Shown here: positions 1 through 6,550 of the stretch, one piece after another | Layout of the letters: each line of letters starts with the position of its first letter | Numbering within the stretch: the stretch's first letter is position 1 | IMG/VR virus record: IMGVR_UViG_3300014656_000044 | Span: 1 to 44,285 of that record | From: a virus | Taxonomy: Duplodnaviria; Caudoviricetes | Length of the DNA stretch: 44,285 bases | Reading direction: 5' to 3' (one strand) | Translations under genes and position numbers: made by a program | Notes under the pieces: model-generated | Told to the model about the DNA's origin: nothing | Seen by the model: the letters and a program-made list of their open reading frames with translations, nothing else | The model's database searches: none

Positions 1-2
1 TA

Positions 3-575
3 CGGTATCAGGCTATTAAGGTTTTAGAAGAGATAATAGACCTGGATACTCTTTTTGGCTGGAGTTATTCGGAAGCCTCAAACCCAATTTATCCATTTGA
101 AATACCCCCGCCACAGATTACGGATGAACATATTCGGTTATTGAAAGCCTGGGATTCGGTCAGGGGTTCGGTCGGGGATTCGGTCTGGGCTTCGGTCGGG
201 GATTCGGTCTGGAATTCGGTCTGGAATTCGGTCTGGAATTCGGTCAGGGGTTCGGTCGGGGATTCGGTCAGGAATTTGGTCAGGGATTCGGTCTGGGATT
301 CGGTCGGGGATTCGGTCGGGGATTCGGTCTGGGATTCGGTCTGGGCTTCGGTCGGGGATTCGGTCTGGGCTTCGGTCAGGGCTTATATTGGCTCATTGTT
401 TCTGAATATAAAAGTATGGAAATATATAAATCACAAGAGAGGCATATGTCCTTATCAACCATGCGCTGTCCTCTGGAGGCAGGGTCTTGTACCGACGTAT
501 AATAATAAATCATGGCAGTTGCATGGTGGGCCATCCGCTAAAGTGTTATATGAAACTAACTGTCAAAGCTTATAA
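3..575 (+). CDS. Tetrapeptide-repeat ([WGR][DANG]SV) phage protein, C-terminal part; N-terminus probably at 44177-44285
   Basis: Frame is open from position 3 (RYQAIKVLEEII...) through the listed 141..575 ORF. Confidence 0.75.
   Translation, partial: RYQAIKVLEEIIDLDTLFGWSYSEASNPIYPFEIPPPQITDEHIRLLKAWDSVRGSVGDSVWASVGDSVWNSVWNSVWNSVRGSVGDSVRNLVRDSVWDSVGDSVGDSVWDSVWASVGDSVWASVRAYIGSLFLNIKVWKYINHKRGICPYQPCAVLWRQGLVPTYNNKSWQLHGGPSAKVLYETNCQSL
150..377 (+). repeat. 19 tandem 12-bp units, consensus (T/G/A)GG(G/A)(A/C/G)TTCGGTC
   Basis: Read directly; encodes WDSV/GDSV/WNSV/WASV/RGSV; one unit reads RNLV. Confidence 0.95.
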
Positions 576-592
576 CCTTTAACCTTTTTCCC

Positions 593-623
593 GGGGGCCG
601 CGCATCCTACACGCGGGAAAGGA
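593..623 (+). repeat. 31-bp early-gene leader repeat, copy 3 (GGGGGCCGCGCATCCTACACGCGGGAAAGGA)
   Basis: Identical to 43351-43381 and 43735-43765; CCGCG/CGCGG hairpin, then AAGGA, then ATG 630. Confidence 0.95.
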
Positions 624-629
624 CACAAA

Positions 630-719
630 ATGGGAAAATACACTAAAGGAGAATACATCCGAGACCATCCACGTACATACTTAGCAGGTGCCTTAAGTGG
701 CAACAAGGGGATAATCTAA
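630..719 (+). CDS. 29-aa hypothetical peptide (MGKYTKGEYIRD...)
   Basis: ATG 6 nt after the repeat's AAGGA; its TAA overlaps the ATG at 719. Confidence 0.5.
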   Translation: MGKYTKGEYIRDHPRTYLAGALSGNKGII

Positions 720-1135
720 TGGATAAAAAACAATTTCAATCGTTATTGGGAATGGCCAGAATATTTCAGCGGGTAGACCCTGACCGCGCCGATTTCTGGC
801 GCGGGTTTCAGCGCGGTCTGCGCCGGCTGCATCACCAGGAGGTAAAAATCTGGGAAAATTTCGGCACGGTTGAGGAGCATATGAAATTTCTGAACTGCCG
901 GAATGGAGAATTTCGCCGGGATTTCCAGTTCGGGTACCGCGCCGGATTTTATCGGGAGGAGATCCGCCTGGAATCTGAGGCAGATATTCAACCTCTCCGC
1001 AAACTCCTCGGCCTGTCGGTCGCGGATCTGGCAGAGATCGCCGCCGTATCCCCCCGCACAGTGGAGGGGTGGGAACAGGGCCGCCCGATGGCTGAGTCTG
1101 CCCGGCAGTTGATAAAAAAATATTTGATAATCTAA
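719..1135 (+). CDS. Protein with C-terminal XRE-type helix-turn-helix
   Basis: LRKLLGLSVADLAEIAAVSPRTVEGWEQGR. Confidence 0.8.
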   Translation: MDKKQFQSLLGMARIFQRVDPDRADFWRGFQRGLRRLHHQEVKIWENFGTVEEHMKFLNCRNGEFRRDFQFGYRAGFYREEIRLESEADIQPLRKLLGLSVADLAEIAAVSPRTVEGWEQGRPMAESARQLIKKYLII

Positions 1136-1150
1136 AACTGGAGGTTACAA

Positions 1151-1348
1151 ATGGAAGCGAACAGAAAAGAACGGTGTGATTTTGATGTAATGCACAACGA
1201 GGAACAATGGCACATTGAGATGTCATGGATACAGACGGATGGTAACGTTGCTTGGTATGACGGGGCCACATACAGAGACGGCGTGAAGTTTATGCGGATT
1301 TTTTCTCCGTCTGAGATTGATGTTCCTGAAATAACACATGGAATATAA
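1151..1348 (+). CDS. Hypothetical protein
   Basis: GGAGG RBS; stop TAA lies inside the ATATAAC box. Confidence 0.65.
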   Translation: MEANRKERCDFDVMHNEEQWHIEMSWIQTDGNVAWYDGATYRDGVKFMRIFSPSEIDVPEITHGI

Positions 1349-1405
1349 CCAGGCGCTTGTGCGTAGCGAGTACGGTCAATTTTGCGTGGGGGGTCATCGT
1401 TATCG
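1343..1405 (+). repeat. Degenerate attC-like site
   Basis: ATATAAC CAGGC GCTTGTGC...GTTATCG; left arm typical, right arm pairs poorly. Confidence 0.35.
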
Positions 1406-1435
1406 GGGAACCGAAGGCTGGTGGATTGCTGTTTC

Positions 1436-2035
1436 CTAAACCCCGATTTCTGCCCGTGACTCCGGTCGTGGGCCGTTGTGGCGGTTTAGAACTGGATCCA
1501 ATTGATAAGTTGTGGCGCGTTCTTTAGTCGCCACCAGCGATTTGTTGGGCATTGCTACCCATTTCTCGCGGTCAACCGTCTCCTGCCATTTTTTGAGAAT
1601 CTGGCTAAACTCGCCACACCAAAGACAGCGCCGATGGTTGCCGTCATACTGCCAGCGCGTGTCGTCGTTTCTAAAATGCTCGGTGTGTTCGGGATCGACG
1701 GCGCAGCGGCCCGTTAGTGCGTAATTTTCCCAAAAGTCGGGGATTTCAACCAATCCCCCAGTAAACTTCCGGTTCAACAAATATGCGAAACTCTGTTCCC
1801 TGCAGCCGTTGCAAAGCACGGCCATTAACCGACATCCGGAAAAGCACAGTCCAGGTTTAATCATTCCAATCCATTTTACTCCATAAGCATCGACGTAGAC
1901 GCGGGATGTCCAAGCGCGGTGCTTGCGTTGCCTGTGTTTCAACCACCGGTACAAATTTGGGCTATATCGGTCGCCATTCTTCGGATTGATGATGGCTAAT
2001 AGATCTAATCCGTTTTGTTCCATGATTTTCTCCAT
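1436..2035 (-). CDS. Hypothetical Cys-containing phage protein (cassette gene reading through its attC)
   Basis: 199-aa ORF; C-terminal PNKSLVAT... is the translated attC. Confidence 0.7.
   Translation of the reverse strand: MEKIMEQNGLDLLAIINPKNGDRYSPNLYRWLKHRQRKHRAWTSRVYVDAYGVKWIGMIKPGLCFSGCRLMAVLCNGCREQSFAYLLNRKFTGGLVEIPDFWENYALTGRCAVDPEHTEHFRNDDTRWQYDGNHRRCLWCGEFSQILKKWQETVDREKWVAMPNKSLVATKERATTYQLDPVLNRHNGPRPESRAEIGV
1496..1550 (-). repeat. attC-like site
   Basis: GCCCAAC AAATC GCTGGTGG...CCACAAC TTATCA ATTGGAT (R' GTT changed to ATT). Confidence 0.65.
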
Positions 2036-2037
2036 AT

Positions 2038-2061
2038 GCCTAACATTTAGGCTTGTTAGCC
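2038..2061 (-). repeat. Collapsed attC remnant (R'' and R' only)
   Basis: GGCTAAC AAGCCTAAAT GTTAGGC at a gene junction. Confidence 0.45.
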
Positions 2062-2270
2062 GACATTAGAAGTGGCTGCAACGGTCTGTTGAACGTCAAA
2101 ACATTGAGCCAAATTTTACCACTGAACATAATTTTAAAACGTTCTCGAATAGATAGTTCCCAGCAGGTTACTATCTCACCATCCTCCATCTTCAATGCGG
2201 GCAATAGCTTATATTCAGGCTGATTTTCAGCATATGTCATATTACATTCTGGAAATTTTATAATATCCAT
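2040..2270 (-). CDS. Hypothetical phage protein (YAENQPEYxxLPA type)
   Basis: AAGGAG RBS before ATG 2270; 76 aa. Confidence 0.75.
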   Translation of the reverse strand: MDIIKFPECNMTYAENQPEYKLLPALKMEDGEIVTCWELSIRERFKIMFSGKIWLNVLTFNRPLQPLLMSANKPKC

Positions 2271-2280
2271 ATTTCTCCTT

Positions 2281-2484
2281 TTAGCAATCATCCCATCGTC
2301 GTGAGATTTCTTTTGATATGTGGAATGGAACCCAGTTATTCCGAGGCACTGGACCTGCACCTGGCATACTTCCATGTAATCGACTTACTCCGCTTCTCTC
2401 ACATTGTTCCGAGCAATACCAAGCGTTCGTCCATCCTCTCTTTAGGTTTTTAACGTCTCCACACTCTATACATTTCTTTTCCAT
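2281..2484 (-). CDS. Small CxxC...CxxxC zinc-binding protein
   Basis: CIEC...YCSEQC; RBS directly after attC. Confidence 0.7.
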   Translation of the reverse strand: MEKKCIECGDVKNLKRGWTNAWYCSEQCERSGVSRLHGSMPGAGPVPRNNWVPFHISKEISRRWDDC

Positions 2485-2505
2485 TCCAAACCCCCCTTTC
2501 TAAGA

Positions 2506-2553
2506 TGCTAACGGTCTGATCACCGGCTTGTCTGCTGGATTTATGGGTTATAA
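2506..2553 (-). repeat. attC-like site
   Basis: TTATAAC CCATA AATCCAGC...GGTGATC AGACC GTTAGCA; upstream stop codon inside R''. Confidence 0.75.
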
Positions 2554-2757
2554 TTCATCTTCGATGAGCACAGTAATGCGCCTTCCAACAAGAGATTGAG
2601 CGGTATATCCACAGGCGTTAATGAGCTCACCAAACCTCTCAATATCAAAATCGGAATTTACCAAACAGATTTTATCCCCTGCTAAAGATGCTATGCGGCC
2701 AGAAATTTGCAGTTGAACCGGTCCACCATCATGATCTGAGATATAAAATTTTTCCAT
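2548..2757 (-). CDS. Hypothetical protein (cassette gene, MEKFYISDH...)
   Basis: AAAGGGGG RBS and ATG 2757 just after attC; 69 aa. Confidence 0.65.
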   Translation of the reverse strand: MEKFYISDHDGGPVQLQISGRIASLAGDKICLVNSDFDIERFGELINACGYTAQSLVGRRITVLIEDEL

Positions 2758-2768
2758 CGCTTCCCCCT

Positions 2769-2816
2769 TTCTAACGTGGAGTTCACCCATTAGTCGGGTG
2801 TAACTGTTGGTTAACA
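2769..2816 (-). repeat. attC-like site
   Basis: TGTTAAC CAACA GTTACACC...GGTGAAC TCCAC GTTAGAA; canonical 5/8/7/5 geometry. Confidence 0.85.
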
Positions 2817-3280
2817 CACATATCCTCGACAACCTGTTCCGGTATCCGGACAAAATCGCCGTTGGCCGCGACAATATCAAATTGCTCACTCCCTCCTGGA
2901 CCTACCCTGCACCAGATTGTACCAATACAATCCTGGGTACTGGTCCGACCTGGCGGCATCCTTTTCCAATTAACGGGCAATTCATCACGCATTGCCCTTT
3001 CTACGATACTTTTCAAGCTTGCGCTTGGGGTGGTCAATTGGTCATACAGTTTCCAGTTTGCGTTATCCATCGCTTCCCCCTTTCTAACGCGGTGTAACTG
3101 CTGGTTATCGTCAGGGTCTAATGACGGCATTCCCCATCTTTCCCCCCAACACGAAAAATGAATAGGGAGACACGGAAGAATACAAACATATAAATCAAGG
3201 CAATTACCGTCTCTTTGCCAAAAAACTCCCATCCAAAAATCTTCGATTTTAAACTTTAATTCAATATTCCAGTCCCGCAT
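2783..3280 (-). CDS. Hypothetical ORF; probably two cassette genes (starts 3280 and 3070) fused in frame across a deleted attC
   Basis: Internal RBS and ATG at 3070 match the one at 2757; collapsed attC at 3082-3110. Confidence 0.6.
   Translation of the reverse strand: MRDWNIELKFKIEDFWMGVFWQRDGNCLDLYVCILPCLPIHFSCWGERWGMPSLDPDDNQQLHRVRKGEAMDNANWKLYDQLTTPSASLKSIVERAMRDELPVNWKRMPPGRTSTQDCIGTIWCRVGPGGSEQFDIVAANGDFVRIPEQVVEDMCVNQQLHPTNG
3082..3110 (-). repeat. Internally deleted attC (sister of 2769-2816)
   Basis: CGATAAC CAGCA GTTACACC GC GTTAGAA; L' arm missing. Confidence 0.75.
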
Positions 3281-3282
3281 TT

Positions 3283-3546
3283 TTACCTCCCTTCTATTGA
3301 AACCGTTGTCCCGCTTTTAAGTGATTCCTCATAACTCTGGCTTTTACCCTTCGACAAATATTTATCCCGGCAAACCTCATCGCAGAATATCAACGGGCCA
3401 TGAATAACCTGGCCGGGTTGGGTCAGCTTGCCGCATTGATCGCAATACCAAGCGACGTAATGGGTTTCCTCATCCCCCGCCCACCCGATCTGAACGATTA
3501 CGAGAGCGGTTGTCAAGATTGCGAATACTATGATTGCTTTTTTCAT
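3283..3546 (-). CDS. Signal-peptide/membrane-anchored small zinc-binding protein
   Basis: Hydrophobic N-terminus; CDQC...CDEVC. Confidence 0.65.
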   Translation of the reverse strand: MKKAIIVFAILTTALVIVQIGWAGDEETHYVAWYCDQCGKLTQPGQVIHGPLIFCDEVCRDKYLSKGKSQSYEESLKSGTTVSIEGR

Positions 3547-3560
3547 TGCTTAATTTCCCT

Positions 3561-3628
3561 CCCCTACGATGAGTTGAGAAGTGGCCGGATGCCTTTCCCG
3601 GCCAGCTTTCTCAAACGACTGGTTATCG
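3561..3628 (-). repeat. attC-like site
   Basis: CGATAAC CAGTC GTTTGAGA...TGGCCGG/CCGGCCA...TCTCAAC TCATC GTAGGGG. Confidence 0.75.
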
Positions 3629-3823
3629 TTAATCTTTCATAAATGATCGGGTTGCATCTTCAGGGGGATCTCCATACTTTTCGATACACTCGTCAATCCA
3701 TTCCTGCATTTCTCTTGGACCACCACTTGTCACAAGGCCATATCCTCGTCCTGACTTATTCCATCGCGGATCGGATTCACTATGCACAGACCAACTCCCC
3801 ATTTTTGGACCGAACATTGACAT
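3629..3823 (-). CDS. Hypothetical protein (cassette gene)
   Basis: AAGGAG RBS; stop abuts attC. Confidence 0.7.
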   Translation of the reverse strand: MSMFGPKMGSWSVHSESDPRWNKSGRGYGLVTSGGPREMQEWIDECIEKYGDPPEDATRSFMKD

Positions 3824-3844
3824 AATAATCTCTCCTTTCTAATA

Positions 3845-3904
3845 AGATAATGATGGAACTAAGAAGCGGGCGGATCACCCAGTATCTTCTCAACCTATTT
3901 TCTA
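3845..3904 (-). repeat. Degenerate attC-like site
   Basis: GTTGAGAAG...CTTCTTAG inner arms; R boxes eroded. Confidence 0.35.
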
Positions 3905-3906
3905 CT

Positions 3907-4146
3907 CTAAGGTGACCCCTTACCGCTGAGTTGGCCCGCTAAATAGCCCGTCTTACTTAAGTGACAGGTTAACCAAGCCTGTCTTATATGATTTAAGCCC
4001 CCGTGTTTACCACAAGATGGGCACCTTACTGTCCACCTATCCGTCCGATGCTCAAATATCGCATCACATCTACCACACCTAATTTTAAGCATATTAATTT
4101 TAGGTGTCCATCGTGCATCTAATATTCTATGTAGCCCATTATACAT
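3907..4146 (-). CDS. Zinc-ribbon protein reading through its attC
   Basis: CGRC...CPSC. Confidence 0.7.
   Translation of the reverse strand: MYNGLHRILDARWTPKINMLKIRCGRCDAIFEHRTDRWTVRCPSCGKHGGLNHIRQAWLTCHLSKTGYLAGQLSGKGSP
3918..3974 (-). repeat. Degenerate attC-like site
   Basis: GGTTAAC CTGTC ACTTAAG...GGTAAGG; TAACCTGTCACTTAA shared with the site at 18089. Confidence 0.55.
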
Positions 4147-4148
4147 AA

Positions 4149-4201
4149 GGTTAACAAGTTATTAGCGAGACCTTGATAACCCCCGATTTGTAAGGTTATC
4201 A
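4149..4201 (-). repeat. Possible attC-like remnant at the head of the left array
   Basis: TGATAAC...GTTAACC just before ATG 4146; weak inner pairing. Confidence 0.25.
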
Positions 4202-4223
4202 TCATCCAAAATCCACCCTACTT

Positions 4224-4898
4224 TTAGAATGGAATTTGATCATCCGTTGGTTCCAACTCCTTGCTTCCAAAATAATCATTTATCAACTTCGCCTTGTTCG
4301 CCAATTCTTCTTCCTGGGTCGGCATGTCCCGCAATGCCATTTTAGACAAGGCTCCCATATGCTTTACTGTCTCACCGGGCTTTCTCTCCGGTTTAATTAA
4401 TTTCCAACCAACAGACTCGATAGCTGCCTTGGTCAACATCGGGGCACCCTGGGCAATCTCCGCGATCTTCCAGTTTTCGCATCTTCCGCACTTGGTAATA
4501 TACTGGTAATCAACCGGGGATGGTCTTTCATGCTCGGTGCCTTTTAGGTCATCATATAATTTCGCCATCCAATGTGGAGGACGGTAATATTCTATAATGC
4601 CGGTCCCATTACATTCATGGCATTCATGGGGTTGTGTTTCCCTCACCATCACTTCTGGATTTGATTGCTTGTATTCCAGCCAATCCCCGTTAATGTCGTT
4701 CGGGGATGGAAGGACTGAACCGGGCCGGATCGCCGCAATCCTCTTTTCAATGATCTTCTCGAAGATGCTATCAGGGATGTGTTTAAGTTTCTGATAGAAT
4801 AATGTCGCCTGTTTATCCGATAAGGTTTTCCCGCACCAATCCAAAAGTCCTTCCATTGCATTTTCAAACAAGGATTTTTCCAAGGCGTTTACCTCCAT
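4224..4898 (-). CDS. Replication-associated protein (possible helicase loader/inhibitor) with CxxCxGxG motif
   Basis: Overlaps the end of the initiator gene; CHECNGTG, CGRC. Confidence 0.5.
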   Translation of the reverse strand: MEVNALEKSLFENAMEGLLDWCGKTLSDKQATLFYQKLKHIPDSIFEKIIEKRIAAIRPGSVLPSPNDINGDWLEYKQSNPEVMVRETQPHECHECNGTGIIEYYRPPHWMAKLYDDLKGTEHERPSPVDYQYITKCGRCENWKIAEIAQGAPMLTKAAIESVGWKLIKPERKPGETVKHMGALSKMALRDMPTQEEELANKAKLINDYFGSKELEPTDDQIPF

Positions 4899-5631
4899 TG
4901 TTCCCACCTAATTCAATATCATCATCCCATCTTCGCCCTGTCAACCAACCCTGCGCCATTTTTGGTGTTCGACCATTTTCAATTAATGACCGTCTTCGTT
5001 TTGATTCCTTCTCTGCTGAGTCTAAAATCTTCTCGAATAAGGCAAGGTTTAATTCTTGGATGTCATACCATGAATCAGCTGCTTCGGCTTTACCAAGTTT
5101 ATAATTAAAGACCTTCCAAAATTCTTCAAACCACAAGAGCTTCTGTCCTTTTAATTTTCGCTTTTTTTTCGTCACATAAACCTGTTCTTCATTTTCCTGA
5201 AATGAAGTATTAGTTATACTATTAGGAGTAGGAGATGGAGATGGAGTAGGAGAAGGGGGCGTTACTTTTTTGTTACTCTTGCGTTTATCTCTGTAACGCT
5301 GTTGTCGTAAAGCGTTATTATCCTTGTCTTTTTGATCGCTAATCATCCGTCTGTTACGTACCGTTATGTTTCCGTTATCACCCGTAACGACGTTACAAAA
5401 ACGTAACGCTTCATTTTCTAAAAGGAATAAACTTATATCTTCGATTTCAACAGTCATAACCTTGGCAAAATTCTTTAAACTTGAAAAGGTTATTTCACCT
5501 TTTTTCGGTGCTAACCACATATAGCAAAGACAATCAATCCAAATTCCTCTTGTGGTAATACTTGCAAGTCTTAACTGGGTGTCTGTTAACCAGTCCTTAA
5601 CGTAGAACTGAAAGGCTGGAGCCTTACCCAT
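4864..5631 (-). CDS. Phage replication initiator (YdaU/DUF1376-like N-terminus)
   Basis: KAPAFQFYVKDWLTD N-terminus; NALRQQRYR helix; PSPTPS linker; FEEFWKVF...QGWLTGRRWDD C-terminus. Confidence 0.75.
   Translation of the reverse strand: MGKAPAFQFYVKDWLTDTQLRLASITTRGIWIDCLCYMWLAPKKGEITFSSLKNFAKVMTVEIEDISLFLLENEALRFCNVVTGDNGNITVRNRRMISDQKDKDNNALRQQRYRDKRKSNKKVTPPSPTPSPSPTPNSITNTSFQENEEQVYVTKKKRKLKGQKLLWFEEFWKVFNYKLGKAEAADSWYDIQELNLALFEKILDSAEKESKRRRSLIENGRTPKMAQGWLTGRRWDDDIELGGNNGGKRLGKILV
5258..5410. other. Candidate replication origin (iteron-like GTAACG/CGTTA(C/T) repeats inside the initiator gene)
   Basis: About 8 copies in both orientations next to an AT-rich tract; lambda O-like placement. 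Confidence 0.4.
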
Positions 5632-6064
5632 TATCAATAGACCCTTTCTTTATAGTTTTATCCCAAAACATTTTTGATAACATCTTCTGTGCGCCAGGGT
5701 CGCTGAAAGCCATTTCGTATATTGAAGCCATGACTTCAGAAACATTAAATGGTTTTAAATTCAGGAGTCCGTAGGTTAAACTGAAAATATCATCTGCTAA
5801 AAACTTTTCTCTCAATGCCGACAGAAGCATTTGTTCATATTCTGGCCTTGATTTCCTTTCATGTTTATGGCAATCCTCACAAAGTGTAATGAGGTCATCG
5901 TTGGTATAATCCCAAGGATTTTTAGCTTTTTTATAAACCCTATGATGCACATGGAGGATTGATTCTGCATTATAACAACGTTTACACTCCCACTTATCCC
6001 GTTCTAGGATTTTAAGGCGCTTCTTTTGCCACCTAGGATCTTTTAGTTTATCTGTGTAGTCCAT
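5624..6064 (-). CDS. HNH endonuclease-family protein
   Basis: LKDPRWQKKRL..ILERD..CKRC..LHVHH..LITLCEDCH; GAGGTG RBS. Confidence 0.85.
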   Translation of the reverse strand: MDYTDKLKDPRWQKKRLKILERDKWECKRCYNAESILHVHHRVYKKAKNPWDYTNDDLITLCEDCHKHERKSRPEYEQMLLSALREKFLADDIFSLTYGLLNLKPFNVSEVMASIYEMAFSDPGAQKMLSKMFWDKTIKKGSIDNG

Positions 6065-6080
6065 TTCACACCTCAACCAC

Positions 6081-6156
6081 AAAAAAAACCCGTGGAACAG
6101 CATCAGGCGTAAGCTGGCCTGCCCGACACATTACTGTATCAGGGTTCCACGGGTTT
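6081..6156 (-). terminator. Large-loop terminator/attenuator upstream of the HNH-initiator genes
   Basis: 13-bp perfect inverted repeat AAACCCGTGGAAC/GTTCCACGGGTTT followed by a T run. Confidence 0.65.
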
Positions 6157-6207
6157 CGTTTGTTTTCGATGTTAATAATCATACGCTTACTTCCTTATGC
6201 TCCCCCG

Positions 6208-6236
6208 ACCCTACCACGCCGAGGCGGGGAAATCAA
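6208..6236 (-). promoter_or_regulatory. Putative sigma70 promoter
   Basis: TTGATT-17 bp-(TGG)TAGGGT. Confidence 0.4.
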
Positions 6237-6241
6237 GGGAA

Positions 6242-6550
6242 TTATCGTTCAAATATAATATCAAACCCTAGATCACGTGCTATTCTCAATTCTTCCACGC
6301 TGCCAGAGGATTTATCAAAACCTGGTATCATAACGATCACATCGCAGCGCTTTAGGATCTCGATGTCACCGTCCAGCCATACATGATCCGGGGCCAGCCC
6401 ATCAAAAAAAGCCGTGTTAAGGTGAGGGCAAAATACCGCATAACCAAGCTGCCAGTATTTTATGGCGTACTTTTCGGCGTGCCTGATGTTCTCCAAAACC
6501 ATCTTTCCATTACTTGGCCGGTATGGGCCTGATATAAACGCCAGTTTCAT
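6242..6550 (-). CDS. DUF1937/DUF4406-like (nucleoside 2-deoxyribosyltransferase fold) protein
   Basis: FISGPY...VFCPHLN...LKRCDVIVMIPGFDKSSGSVEE. Confidence 0.8.
   Translation of the reverse strand: MKLAFISGPYRPSNGKMVLENIRHAEKYAIKYWQLGYAVFCPHLNTAFFDGLAPDHVWLDGDIEILKRCDVIVMIPGFDKSSGSVEELRIARDLGFDIIFER

Noticed and set aside
150-377. Repeat tract as a CRISPR array or DGR variable region
   Set aside because: No spacers, in-frame coding repeat, no reverse transcriptase or template/variable repeat pair seen
693-1271. 192-aa minus-strand ORF and the many other antisense ORFs in the track (e.g. 6569..7090, 16273..16830, 38057..38635, 39219..39716)
   Set aside because: Shadows of well-supported genes on the opposite strand, with no RBS or motifs
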